A program made the translations under genes and the position numbers. Below, in pieces: positions 27,969-36,888 of a DNA stretch of 64,000 nt. The DNA comes from a plasmid: sequence record NZ_CP033968.1; one strand, written 5' to 3'. Each line of letters opens with the position of its first letter. The stretch's first letter is position 1. The notes below the pieces were generated by a model that was given only the letters and a program-made list of their open reading frames with translations, made no database searches and was not told where the DNA came from.

Positions 27969-28112
27969 ATGTCGCTAACCGCTCAGTTGCTCTCCACCAC
28001 TCTTGCAACCATGCATTTTGCACTCGTCTCGTGCGATTGGGAGAAGGCCGAAGCGGCGGCCCATGCGGCGCGGGATCTGGCCGCCCGCCTTCTTGCCGGC
28101 GAGTACGAGTAG
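27969..28112 (+). CDS. small hypothetical protein (47 aa)
   Basis: AGGAACAA RBS before ATG 27969; below ORF-track cutoff. Confidence 0.25.
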   Translation: MSLTAQLLSTTLATMHFALVSCDWEKAEAAAHAARDLAARLLAGEYE

Positions 28113-28186
28113 GAGAACGCAATGCAAGCGCCTTGCCCAATTGCAGCCTACTCCAAGCCAGTTGGTCGTCCAGGTAGGGGAAGCTG

Positions 28187-29278
28187 ATGCGCCATGAGTA
28201 CGATGTCCATACGGACGTCCTTGAGACTATCGTTGCGGCGACACCGGTCACGAAGAAGCACTCTGCGTTGCTGACTGCATTCGCGACCCGCACGGAGTTT
28301 CGTGGCGCCAGGTACGTGACAAGCAGCGACGAATTCAGCAGCCGTCCCGCACGGATCTTGAACTCCGATGGCGATGAGATTGCTGCAGACTACCGTGTGT
28401 GGGTTCAGCAGCAACTCGACGAGCACCGCGGCAATATCGATGCGCTGTGTGCCAGTAGTCGCGGCAAGGGCTACCTGCTGACAGAGATCCAGCCCGTCCT
28501 GCACTACTTCGTTCATGACCGTGGTTGCGCCCAGGACAACTTCGTTCAGATCGAGGTTTGGGCGGAGGTGGAATTTTGCGAACGCGAATTGTTCGCCCGC
28601 CGGGCGCCTAACTGGGGCCGTCCGTCTTTGCAGGAGCTCCGTGATGGCCGGCCTGACATGGGTTTGGAGGAGCGCTTCGAGCGGCGGGACTTGGGGGCCG
28701 CCCGATACAGGCTTGAAAGCGCCATCGACATGCAAGCGTTTGTCGCTGTCGCGGAATCGCTCTGTTCCGAGCGGCACCGGAAAGGCGGTAACATCCTTGT
28801 ACGTGTCACGGATGCCGATACCGGGGAGGAGTCTGTGACATCGGTACGGGATCTGACACCGGGCTATGATCAACTGCGCGTACGGGAGCGGCGGATATTT
28901 GACGACTGGACAGCTTCAAGTGCGGGGCGGTCCGGCGAACGCATCTGCATGCGCTGGGTGTTCCAGACGTCGGATTGGCCAGACGAGAAGGGTGTTCGTT
29001 GGGTCTCCTTTGTCCCGCGGTGGGCACACAAGAAGAACATTGCCGCGCTGAAGAACACCGGCAAGCTCGACGCATATGGCCTATACGGGCGCCTCACTCA
29101 ATTCGACAGCCGCATCGGGATGCCTTTCGCCTGGTATTTTTACGGGCTGCATGGCAACCGGGTGAGGGATGCCCACCTTGAGCGCGTTGTCGAGGCGGCC
29201 GAGGAAGGTCTGATCGTACTGCCTGAGAATGACTATCGCGTGCTACGGCGTTGGCGTGATGTTCCCTATGGTTTTTGA
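28187..29278 (+). CDS. hypothetical protein (candidate effector of methyltransferase module)
   Basis: 363-aa ORF, no recognisable motif by eye. Confidence 0.5.
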   Translation: MRHEYDVHTDVLETIVAATPVTKKHSALLTAFATRTEFRGARYVTSSDEFSSRPARILNSDGDEIAADYRVWVQQQLDEHRGNIDALCASSRGKGYLLTEIQPVLHYFVHDRGCAQDNFVQIEVWAEVEFCERELFARRAPNWGRPSLQELRDGRPDMGLEERFERRDLGAARYRLESAIDMQAFVAVAESLCSERHRKGGNILVRVTDADTGEESVTSVRDLTPGYDQLRVRERRIFDDWTASSAGRSGERICMRWVFQTSDWPDEKGVRWVSFVPRWAHKKNIAALKNTGKLDAYGLYGRLTQFDSRIGMPFAWYFYGLHGNRVRDAHLERVVEAAEEGLIVLPENDYRVLRRWRDVPYGF

Positions 29279-29307
29279 CGGACGGATGATGCTGGAAAAG
29301 ACTTTGG

Positions 29308-29589
29308 ATGTATGTATGCAAGCTCCGCGAGCTGCTGGAAGAAACTCATGGTTCGCGAGCCATGGTGTACAAGGACCTCTTCGCCCTTGGCTGCTGGCTC
29401 CATCTGAACGGTAAGAGGGCCGTTGGGGAGAAGATCATCAAGGAGGTCATCACTTCCGTCTCGGGACTAGGCAACCGCACCTATCTCGCCTCCGTTGCAA
29501 AGCAGATCGCTGGGAATGAGGGAGGCTGGGCTGCTGAGATCTTCGCGCACCAGGAGGTCAACGATTTGTTCGCCAGCGAGGCAGCGTAG
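29308..29589 (+). CDS. hypothetical protein
   Basis: 93-aa ORF. Confidence 0.35.
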   Translation: MYVCKLRELLEETHGSRAMVYKDLFALGCWLHLNGKRAVGEKIIKEVITSVSGLGNRTYLASVAKQIAGNEGGWAAEIFAHQEVNDLFASEAA

Positions 29590-29845
29590 GCCCCTGGCCC
29601 CACTGCATGGGCAGCTTTCTCCGTTTGGGCCCGATAGCATCTACCGAATACCACCGACGCAATCGCGTCATCCCGAAGTGACAACGTCGACCGTGTACCG
29701 GCTGTTACGCCGGCGCAGTGAGTATTGGTAGAATTTGTCAAAAGTACATAAAACGTGCATCGGGAGGATTTCGAGTGCAGGATTTTCAGGGAAGCGTTGG
29801 CCGGCTCGGCGGCCTGGTGGGGGCAGTAGGACTGGGGTCGAAGTG

Positions 29846-31528
29846 ATGGGTGGCCCTGTCGTGCTTGTCGACTTCGAGAATGTGCAGGCGATCGATTTTG
29901 GGCGGCTAGCGCCGGACACCCGCATCGCCGTGTTCGCGGGCGAGCTGCAGCGGAAAGTACCGATCGAGGTGGCCATGGGGCTGCAGGAGATGGGGGAGCG
30001 CGCTCGCTGGGTGCGCTCGAGCGGCACCGGTCCAAACGCACTTGACTTTCATATTGCCTTCGAGCTCGGCCGAATGGCGCAGGCTGGTGAGCAGGGACCG
30101 GTGGTGGTCCTGTCTCGGGACAAGGGCTTTGATCCGCTACTCGATTGGCTCCGGACTCAGCACGGAATCCCCGCCAGCCGTGTTACGACCATCGCAGAAG
30201 CATTCGGATACACTCCAGACGCCCCATACGCGCCGCAGGCAGCAGAGCCGATTGTGGTTGACTTTGGGGCCGTGACGCCGGCGCCAAGGCCGACGCAACC
30301 GGCCTTGCAGAGCAATGGCATGCATGTCGCGGAACCGCATTTCATGCGATCCCTTCAGGCAGAGGCAAGCAGCGTGGTTCCAAGGTCGGTACCCCAGGCA
30401 GTGCCTGTGCCGGCGAGCAAAGCGGTTGGCGCCAGTGGCGCGATGCACAGTACAGAAAAGCGCCGCCTTCGTTGGTACCAGCAGACTCTCAGGCGGGCTG
30501 GCGTCCTTGAGCGTGTCGAGGGTGAGAGGGGGGTTTGGAAGCTCGCCGATGCGGCGAGCAAGGATCTGTGCAAGGCGCAGGCGACGACGAAACTGGTTGC
30601 CTTCAGTACAGATCTCGGCGTCGCAATATGGAGCAAGGCCGAAAGCACCTTCCCCAGTTTTGACGAGCCGATCGCGCTCGTGGTCACTTCGACTCCATAT
30701 CCATTGAGACGGCCGCGTGCGTACGGGAACCCGACGGAGGCCGATTTCGTTGACTTCATCTGCCATGCTGTAGAGCCGATTGCCAAAAATCTGATCCCGG
30801 GCGCCTCAGTGATATTGAACATTGGCCTGGATATCTTCGAGGAAGGGAGCCCGGCGCGTTCTCTTTACCCTGAACGGCTTACTCTGGCCCTGCGCGATCG
30901 ACTCGGATTGAGCCTTATGGACCGCATCCCCTGGGTGAACTACTCGAAGCCGCCGGGCCCCACGTACTGGGCCTGTGTGAAGCGGGTCCAGCTCTCCGCC
31001 GCATATGAGCAGGTGCTCTGGCTGACAAACGATCCAATGAGGGTCCGATCCGATAACCGGCGCGTACTTGAACCGCATACAGATCGACACTTGGAGCTCA
31101 TGCAGAGCGGCGGCGCCAACCGGACTGCAGTCTACGGGGACGGAGCATACCGACTGCGGCCAAACTCCTTTGGCAAGGTCACTTCCGGCAAGATTCCGCG
31201 AAACGTCATAGAGCGCGGTCATGCCTGTTCGGACACACGCGCCTATCGCCAGCATGCGAAGGCGCTTGGCCTTCCGATTCACGGCGCCATGCAGCCGACC
31301 GATATCGCGGACTTCTTTATCCGCCTCTGCACAGAACCTGGTGAGTTGGTGGTTGACCTCTTTGCCGGGACCGTGAAGACGGGGCTGGCAGCAGAACGCC
31401 TGGGCAGGCGGTGGCTGGTGACCGAAATGATGCTCTCCTACCTCCGAGGTGCGGCGGAGATGTTCCGCGGTGCGCCTGGATTCGATCTCAATCCTGCGCT
31501 CGAGTGTGTCGGTGGGATGCGCAGCTGA
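29846..31528 (+). CDS. NYN/PIN-like domain fused to beta-class N6/N4 DNA methyltransferase
   Basis: N-terminus VVLVDFENV...DFHIAFEL (NYN-like); motif IV VVTSTPYP then C-terminal motif I VVDLFAGTVKTG (N6_N4 methyltransferase order); start 29846 (ORF-track 29735). Confidence 0.7.
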   Translation: MGGPVVLVDFENVQAIDFGRLAPDTRIAVFAGELQRKVPIEVAMGLQEMGERARWVRSSGTGPNALDFHIAFELGRMAQAGEQGPVVVLSRDKGFDPLLDWLRTQHGIPASRVTTIAEAFGYTPDAPYAPQAAEPIVVDFGAVTPAPRPTQPALQSNGMHVAEPHFMRSLQAEASSVVPRSVPQAVPVPASKAVGASGAMHSTEKRRLRWYQQTLRRAGVLERVEGERGVWKLADAASKDLCKAQATTKLVAFSTDLGVAIWSKAESTFPSFDEPIALVVTSTPYPLRRPRAYGNPTEADFVDFICHAVEPIAKNLIPGASVILNIGLDIFEEGSPARSLYPERLTLALRDRLGLSLMDRIPWVNYSKPPGPTYWACVKRVQLSAAYEQVLWLTNDPMRVRSDNRRVLEPHTDRHLELMQSGGANRTAVYGDGAYRLRPNSFGKVTSGKIPRNVIERGHACSDTRAYRQHAKALGLPIHGAMQPTDIADFFIRLCTEPGELVVDLFAGTVKTGLAAERLGRRWLVTEMMLSYLRGAAEMFRGAPGFDLNPALECVGGMRS

Positions 31529-31663
31529 TACCCCGGGGTAATAGTAGTTGCCAACAGAATTTGGCTGCGGTCTAATGTACACATGTTGAGTGACAAACAC
31601 TCTTTAACCGAATTCTGACGCTCCTGAGTTGGAAATGGCCTGACGGCCAACCTTGCACCACGA

Positions 31664-31696
31664 GGCCCGCCCTTAAAAAAGGCGGGCCTTTTGGTT
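31664..31696 (+). terminator. rho-independent terminator
   Basis: GGCCCGCC-ttaaaaaa-GGCGGGCC then TTTTGGTTTG. Confidence 0.7.
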
Positions 31697-31826
31697 TGTG
31701 GGCTTTACCTGCAGCGCGGGGAGTAATCCCTAGGGGAATGCCGAACAAATTGGGTCTTATTCCGCGTCCTGCCCCGGACTTGTCTATAGTAGGATGTTAT
31801 AAGCAAGGTAAATTGGAGACCGGTGA

Positions 31827-32114
31827 ATGGCTACATTGAAAGACCTTCTTGCCCAGAAGGAAAAATTAGAGGCGCAGATCGCGGAGACTCGCCAGACTGA
31901 GGTGGCGGGCGTCATTCAGAAGATTCAGGAACTGATGGCGGAATATGGGCTGACGGTGGACGACGTCGCCAAGCGCTCGCGGCGCGGCCCTAAGAAGGGC
32001 CAGCCTATTGCGCCGAAGTATCGCGATCCTAAGACCGGCAAGACGTGGTCTGGCCGCGGGCGGCAACCGTCTTGGCTAGGTCGGAACCCAAATCGGTTCT
32101 TGATCGCGGAGTAG
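31827..32114 (+). CDS. H-NS-like nucleoid-associated protein (xenogeneic silencer)
   Basis: coiled-coil N-terminus; C-terminal DPKTGKTWSGRGRQPSWL matches the H-NS DNA-binding motif (TWTGRGRxPxW). Confidence 0.8.
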   Translation: MATLKDLLAQKEKLEAQIAETRQTEVAGVIQKIQELMAEYGLTVDDVAKRSRRGPKKGQPIAPKYRDPKTGKTWSGRGRQPSWLGRNPNRFLIAE

Positions 32115-32398
32115 TCTGAGGGCCCGGCCACCGGCGGGGTTCTGCCGGTTGGCCCACCACTGCGCCGAAAGCACCGAATCGTGGCATTGATGCCAAAAGC
32201 CATCCGAAGCTGTGGCGTACGTATGTTTGTCGACTCATTGAAGCACTAATCGCGGACCTTGCCAGGCAGCGCCCAGGGCGCTGAAGGATCGCTGATACCC
32301 TGATCGGTAGTTTCCCCCGTTTTGCCCACGGCCAGTCCTGGAATTATGCCGTGGCGTTTTGCATACCTCTCCGCAAGTCAACCCGTTAGGAGAGCCCT

Positions 32399-32749
32399 GT
32401 GCAAACGTTCATTCATTTGGAAGATCCGGCTGTTCAAGCCGCGATCATCAGCGCCGTCGGAAGTATCCTGACAAGTGCGATCGCCGCACTGTGCGCGGCC
32501 ATCATCGGCAGACAAATCAGTGGTAAGAAGCGACTCCAGGACAAGCTGCTCGTTGCTCAGGACGACATCGAGTTCCTCTTGCAAGTCGAGAAGGCGCACT
32601 GCGTCATACACAAGGAGCGCGACCAAAGCTCGAATAAGCTCATAGTCCGGAATACCGTACGGGACAAAGGCTTCGAGTACTCAGGCAAGTTCTCGCCTGG
32701 AAAAGTAGCCTACAACGATGGCCCAGGCCGTCGCTACAGCAAGGCTTAG
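32399..32749 (+). CDS. hypothetical protein with N-terminal TM helix
   Basis: AGGAGAG RBS, GTG start; 116 aa. Confidence 0.4.
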   Translation: MQTFIHLEDPAVQAAIISAVGSILTSAIAALCAAIIGRQISGKKRLQDKLLVAQDDIEFLLQVEKAHCVIHKERDQSSNKLIVRNTVRDKGFEYSGKFSPGKVAYNDGPGRRYSKA

Positions 32750-32769
32750 AGCCGGCTCAGCCTCGACAA

Positions 32770-32816
32770 GGGGCGCGTCATCGACCATCGGTCCGACGCG
32801 CCCCTTTTTTTCTTTT
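32770..32816 (+). terminator. rho-independent terminator
   Basis: GGGGCGCGTC...GACGCGCCCC then TTTTTTTCTTTTT. Confidence 0.7.
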
Positions 32817-32931
32817 TGCTCTTCTCCTCTCCCCGCCAGGAATGGCATAGGCAGATCTTCCACTGCGCTGTGCGGCATAACAAGCCATCCACCAACGGCT
32901 CCCACGCCACGCACTCGCAAGGAGACATCGA

Positions 32932-33414
32932 ATGCTGTCACTGGCCCTCAACTATCCGACGATCGAGTTCAACACCAACGCCTGCGGCGAACTGCATACC
33001 GGCGATGCTCCACAAGGCATCCTGGCTGCCGTTCCGTTCCAGGATGGCCCCGGGTATGTACTCCCGTACCTGACGACGATCAATGATCGCTTTTATGTTC
33101 TTGGCAACCTGGAAGTCGCCTTCAGTGATGAGAAGTTCTGGGGCAGGGATGCTGAGGATCTGCCGGACGAGGAGCTTGTCATGTCCGAGTGCACGCAAGC
33201 TGTCCTGGCTATGCGAGAACGGGCATCGGGCTCCATGATCGTCTTTCCGGTGGACTTCGATCCCATGCCGGCACGCTGCGTCATCTCCGTGGCCATTCCC
33301 GTGCAGGATGGCCAAACCCAACGGGAAATCAAGGATCAGCTGTCCCTTGTTTTCTCCGGCTACGAGCAGCTCGACGATAGGCTGATGAAGCTTGTCAGGG
33401 CTCGGTCGCATTGA
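32932..33414 (+). CDS. hypothetical protein
   Basis: AAGGAGA RBS; 160 aa. Confidence 0.45.
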   Translation: MLSLALNYPTIEFNTNACGELHTGDAPQGILAAVPFQDGPGYVLPYLTTINDRFYVLGNLEVAFSDEKFWGRDAEDLPDEELVMSECTQAVLAMRERASGSMIVFPVDFDPMPARCVISVAIPVQDGQTQREIKDQLSLVFSGYEQLDDRLMKLVRARSH

Positions 33415-33417
33415 CCG

Positions 33418-33462
33418 CTAACCCACCGCCCGCAGACACGATTCGTGCTGCGGGCTTTTTTC
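33418..33462 (+). repeat. terminator-like hairpin repeat, copy 1 of 3
   Basis: CTAACCCAcCGCCCGCAGACACGATTCGTGCTGCGGGCTTTTTT; near-identical copies at 35370 and 35911. Confidence 0.6.
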
Positions 33463-33649
33463 TTATCCCCGCAAGTGTACGCCGGCGCCCGCCGGCGCCA
33501 CGCCGTCTCCCCTTGCTTGAACCTGTGGCGCATACCTTCAGCGTCAAGACATCGACTCTGGCTAGATCAGGTCAACACCTACTATTCACCCACGCGGGGA
33601 AGCGCCTCCCGCTTGGGGCGCACTTCGCACGCAAATCTGGAGAAGCGAA

Positions 33650-34213
33650 ATGAGCAATGGCATGAACCTACCGAAGATCGCGCGACGCACCGATGTGTTC
33701 GAGCTGCGCAACGCCGTTCGAGCCGTGATTGGAAGCTGCAAGGCAACGAACAAGGCGGCAGTGCTTGCCGTTGACGCCGCAGAGGAAGCGTTTCAGGCGA
33801 GCATCACAGACGACGAGAAGGCGTACATCGTATCTGCCGCCCGTGGGTGGAAAGCCGCCTGGCATAAGAGCCGGCCGGACGATCCTTTCCTTCGTGGCGT
33901 GGAGTTCAATGCCTACGATGACGTCCGGCACCATTTGGGGATGTCGATGGTGGTCAAGTTCCTCCAGGACGCCCAGAGCGAATCGTTGGCAGAGCCTGAC
34001 ACCCGTCGTATCGCTGGTCTCGTGCTGGAAGGGGGCGATGAATCCGTGCTCGATAGTGTGGTGCACGATGAGTGCTCTGCTCACGGCACGGGAATCAACA
34101 ATGACGGTACTGAAGCACAGGTGGCATATCTCCTGGCGAACGGATGGACCGAAGAGGCGATCCTGAAGGAAGCCGGTGTCGATCAGGCGCCGCGCAGCTC
34201 GTCGCAAACGTGA
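33650..34213 (+). CDS. hypothetical protein
   Basis: GGAGAAG RBS; 187 aa. Confidence 0.45.
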   Translation: MSNGMNLPKIARRTDVFELRNAVRAVIGSCKATNKAAVLAVDAAEEAFQASITDDEKAYIVSAARGWKAAWHKSRPDDPFLRGVEFNAYDDVRHHLGMSMVVKFLQDAQSESLAEPDTRRIAGLVLEGGDESVLDSVVHDECSAHGTGINNDGTEAQVAYLLANGWTEEAILKEAGVDQAPRSSSQT

Positions 34214-34215
34214 AA

Positions 34216-34256
34216 CCCGCCCGTCGCGCTCCTCGAGAGCCGGCGGGTTTTTTCTT
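34216..34256 (+). terminator. rho-independent terminator
   Basis: ACCCGCC...GGCGGGT then TTTTTCTTT. Confidence 0.55.
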
Positions 34257-34303
34257 TGAGCTAAGCCTGCCCGCTGAACCGCCCGCGTGCACTCGTACTC
34301 GGC

Positions 34304-35356
34304 ATGGCGCCCCCGTATCCCAAAAAGTTACTTGACGCTGTGCTGCATCCCTCCCAGGTCAAATCAACCTTGGAGTGCTGCGATATGAATGGAGAGACGA
34401 TGGGAATGCCGGTAGGGCAGGTGAATGCGATCCTGGAAGATGAGTTGGTCATGCGGATTGGCATCCCGCACCGCGGTGGCCGCCTGGCCTTCCACGCATT
34501 CGAGCAAGGCTACCCGGCGATGGTGAGCGCGAACGCGTTCTGGAACCCAACGAAGCGAGAGTTTGTGATGCCGGCGGCGACGGATCTGACTGAGATGGAT
34601 TTTGCCCTAGACTCAGCTGGTTACTCGGCGATCAGTCTTTGGCAGAAGAAGGGCCGACAAGACGGCATTGCTGGCGTCTATCCATGGTCCCTCGAGCAAT
34701 ACCTGGAGTTTGCAAATCTGTGTGGTGCTCGCTGGATGTCTAGTCCAGACCTTTGCTGCGAGCCGCAGGTTGCGGGCAACCAAGAGGAAGTGGACTACCG
34801 CGTGAACACAACGGCAACTTTGCTGGAGGCGTCGTTACGAGTGTTGTACGAGTGGCAGAACAGGCTCGCAAGGACGCTAACTGCGCGCGAAGTGGCGAAC
34901 ATGATCAAGCCAGTCGTTCCCGTGCTACAGGGTTGGAATTGTGACACGTATCTACGGAGTCTCGATCTAACAATGCAAGTATGGGAGCGCTGGCAACCGT
35001 GGCTGGCCCCACCCGCTCTAATCGGTGTCGGTTCAGTATGCCGGCGTTCGCTGAATCACCCTACTCACGGCCTGTACGCCATTCTCTCGGGATTGGAGGG
35101 ACGGTTGCCTAAGGGTGTTCGCGCTCACTTGTTCGGTGTCAAGGGGAGCTGTCTCGCGGAGCTCAAGATGATGGATTGGATCGCTTCCGCGGATTCCATG
35201 GCGTATGACTTCGGCGCCCGAGTGAAAGCTCGGGAGAGTGGAGTCTCGAACACGGTCAAGCATCGCTCTTCAGAGATGAGTCGATGGATGTCATCGGCCT
35301 CGTCTCGCCTCAAGCCTGCACCCGGTGACCAATTCCGATTGAGCCTGGCCCATTGA
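34304..35356 (+). CDS. TGT-fold (tRNA-guanine transglycosylase-like) protein, possible DpdA-like DNA transglycosylase
   Basis: FVMPAATD and LDSAGYSA resemble TGT motifs FMPVGT and DSGGFQ; no C-terminal Zn cluster; alternative start 34385 with GGAG RBS. Confidence 0.35.
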   Translation: MAPPYPKKLLDAVLHPSQVKSTLECCDMNGETMGMPVGQVNAILEDELVMRIGIPHRGGRLAFHAFEQGYPAMVSANAFWNPTKREFVMPAATDLTEMDFALDSAGYSAISLWQKKGRQDGIAGVYPWSLEQYLEFANLCGARWMSSPDLCCEPQVAGNQEEVDYRVNTTATLLEASLRVLYEWQNRLARTLTAREVANMIKPVVPVLQGWNCDTYLRSLDLTMQVWERWQPWLAPPALIGVGSVCRRSLNHPTHGLYAILSGLEGRLPKGVRAHLFGVKGSCLAELKMMDWIASADSMAYDFGARVKARESGVSNTVKHRSSEMSRWMSSASSRLKPAPGDQFRLSLAH

Positions 35357-35369
35357 TTACCAACCTACA

Positions 35370-35407
35370 GCCCGCAGACACGAATTTCGTGCTGCGGGCT
35401 TTCATTT
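35370..35407 (+). repeat. terminator-like hairpin repeat, copy 2
   Basis: GCCCGCAGACACGAATTTCGTGCTGCGGGCTTTCATTT. Confidence 0.6.
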
Positions 35408-35508
35408 ATGTGACGGCGGGCAAAGGGCAAAGGTGGCGCTCAGCCCCGCGCGTTTGCATGATTCTGTGCCGCATATCTCCCAAGTCAACACAACTATGGA
35501 GTAGCGCG

Positions 35509-35790
35509 ATGAACGAAAACGTATTGGGGAATCCGAAGGGACAGGCTACGCACAGAACTATGGAATCAAGCGAACAGAAGCTTCCGGAGGGTTGGACCGA
35601 GGCGAGGCCTGGTGGGTTGGCAACAAATCCTGATCCCCTTACCGGGGGAATCATCGATAGTGCGATAGTAGATGGAACATGGTTTGTAGTGTTCCACCGG
35701 GACGATCTGAAGGTCCTGGAGGGCTTGCCCTCTCGTGAGAGCGCCTTTGCTGCCTTCTTCGAAGCGATTCACGGAAACCAAATGGCGTGA
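35509..35790 (+). CDS. hypothetical protein
   Basis: GGAG RBS before ATG 35509; 93 aa. Confidence 0.35.
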   Translation: MNENVLGNPKGQATHRTMESSEQKLPEGWTEARPGGLATNPDPLTGGIIDSAIVDGTWFVVFHRDDLKVLEGLPSRESAFAAFFEAIHGNQMA

Positions 35791-35910
35791 CGGTATGTAG
35801 CCGCGCAGCTATCTCGGCGGATGTGTTCACCCGCCTCGCGCCACAAGCCCGCAGGTTCCGGATGAGCTTGCTTGTGTACGCGGAGAAGAGTCAGTCGGCC
35901 GTACCGATCG

Positions 35911-35966
35911 CTAACCCAATCGCCCGCAGACACGATGTTTCGTGCCGCGGGCTTTGCCTTTTTTGG
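35911..35966 (+). repeat. terminator-like hairpin repeat, copy 3
   Basis: CTAACCCAATCGCCCGCAGACACGATGTTTCGTGCCGCGGGCTTTGCCTTTTTTGG. Confidence 0.6.
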
Positions 35967-36168
35967 GGCGCAAAAGGTCGGTGAACGGGCAGCAGCGCAT
36001 TTGAGCTCCACCTGGCCGGTGAAGTTGTGGTTGGCTGTGCTGCATACCTCCCGAGCAAGAGTAAACCGGCATGTTGACACCCGTTCAACTGAGCGCTTCC
36101 GACCTATGCGAGGTTGAGCGTTGCTGGGTTCCCAAATGGACTTAGGAGGATGTGATGGAGCAAGTGAA

Positions 36169-36888
36169 ATGAAAGTACAACAAACCTACCATATCGTATG
36201 TGCGATTCGGGGCGAACTCATCGACTACTCGAGCGGCCGATCCGGCCTTTGTGACTTCTATATGGGTACGGTGGATAGCGAAAGCGGGCGTCTCTCGCTC
36301 GATCGCACCGACAGGGAAGTATCTCTTTTCGTGAAAGATGGCACGCCGCTCTGTTGCATTCAGGTGGGCGATAGCTGGAAGAACTATCCCGTAACGGAGG
36401 AGGGGGTGGCGGTCCTGACGCGCGACGCTCTGAAGGCACTGATCGAAGCGACTTCTCCTAAAGGCCTGGCCGGTGAACCGCGGAAACTCTCCAACGGTAT
36501 GGTGTTGGTAAAAGTACAGGAGGCGTCTGAAGCTGTCTTGGATTGGGCCGTCGCGATGTGTGAAGGCATGGACCCCTCCGGCGGTGGAATCTACGATCCA
36601 GTGAACAACTTCATCGCGTGGCGCTCGATCAGCAGAAGGGCCGATTTCTCACGTAATGCGGCATTGGCTCTGCCCATCATCGAGCGTGAGGATATGTGGG
36701 TGGCCAGTGCTCGGTATATGGCACCCTCCGCCGTTCCTCGGCCTGAACGCGCATGGATGGCGAAGTCGTTGAATTCCGCGCCGCACGAACCGTCTTACGG
36801 GCCTACGCTCCTCATCGCGGCCATGCGCTGCTACGTAACAAGCAAGCTTGGGGAGCAGATCGAGGTTCCTGCCAAACTGCTGATGTAA
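36169..36888 (+). CDS. hypothetical protein with C-terminal DUF2591 (phage NinX-like) region
   Basis: VLDWAVAMCEGMD...IYDPVNN block resembles DUF2591; preceded by 5-codon leader ORF MEQVK (36155-36172) whose TGA overlaps this ATG. Confidence 0.45.
   Translation: MKVQQTYHIVCAIRGELIDYSSGRSGLCDFYMGTVDSESGRLSLDRTDREVSLFVKDGTPLCCIQVGDSWKNYPVTEEGVAVLTRDALKALIEATSPKGLAGEPRKLSNGMVLVKVQEASEAVLDWAVAMCEGMDPSGGGIYDPVNNFIAWRSISRRADFSRNAALALPIIEREDMWVASARYMAPSAVPRPERAWMAKSLNSAPHEPSYGPTLLIAAMRCYVTSKLGEQIEVPAKLLM

Noticed and set aside
32352-32382. GTGGCG-tttt-GCATACC as a sigma-54 (-24/-12) promoter
   Set aside because: The GG to GC spacing is about 7 nt rather than the 10-11 nt that RpoN needs. The other three copies lack the GG element at a consistent distance.
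33418-35966. The three hairpin repeats as integron attC sites
   Set aside because: I found no RYYYAAC / GTTRRRY core pair in any copy (no reverse-complementary boundary heptamers). Each copy ends in a T-run like an intrinsic terminator, and no intI is present in the window. I kept it as a REP/terminator-like repeat, with a cassette mechanism left open.
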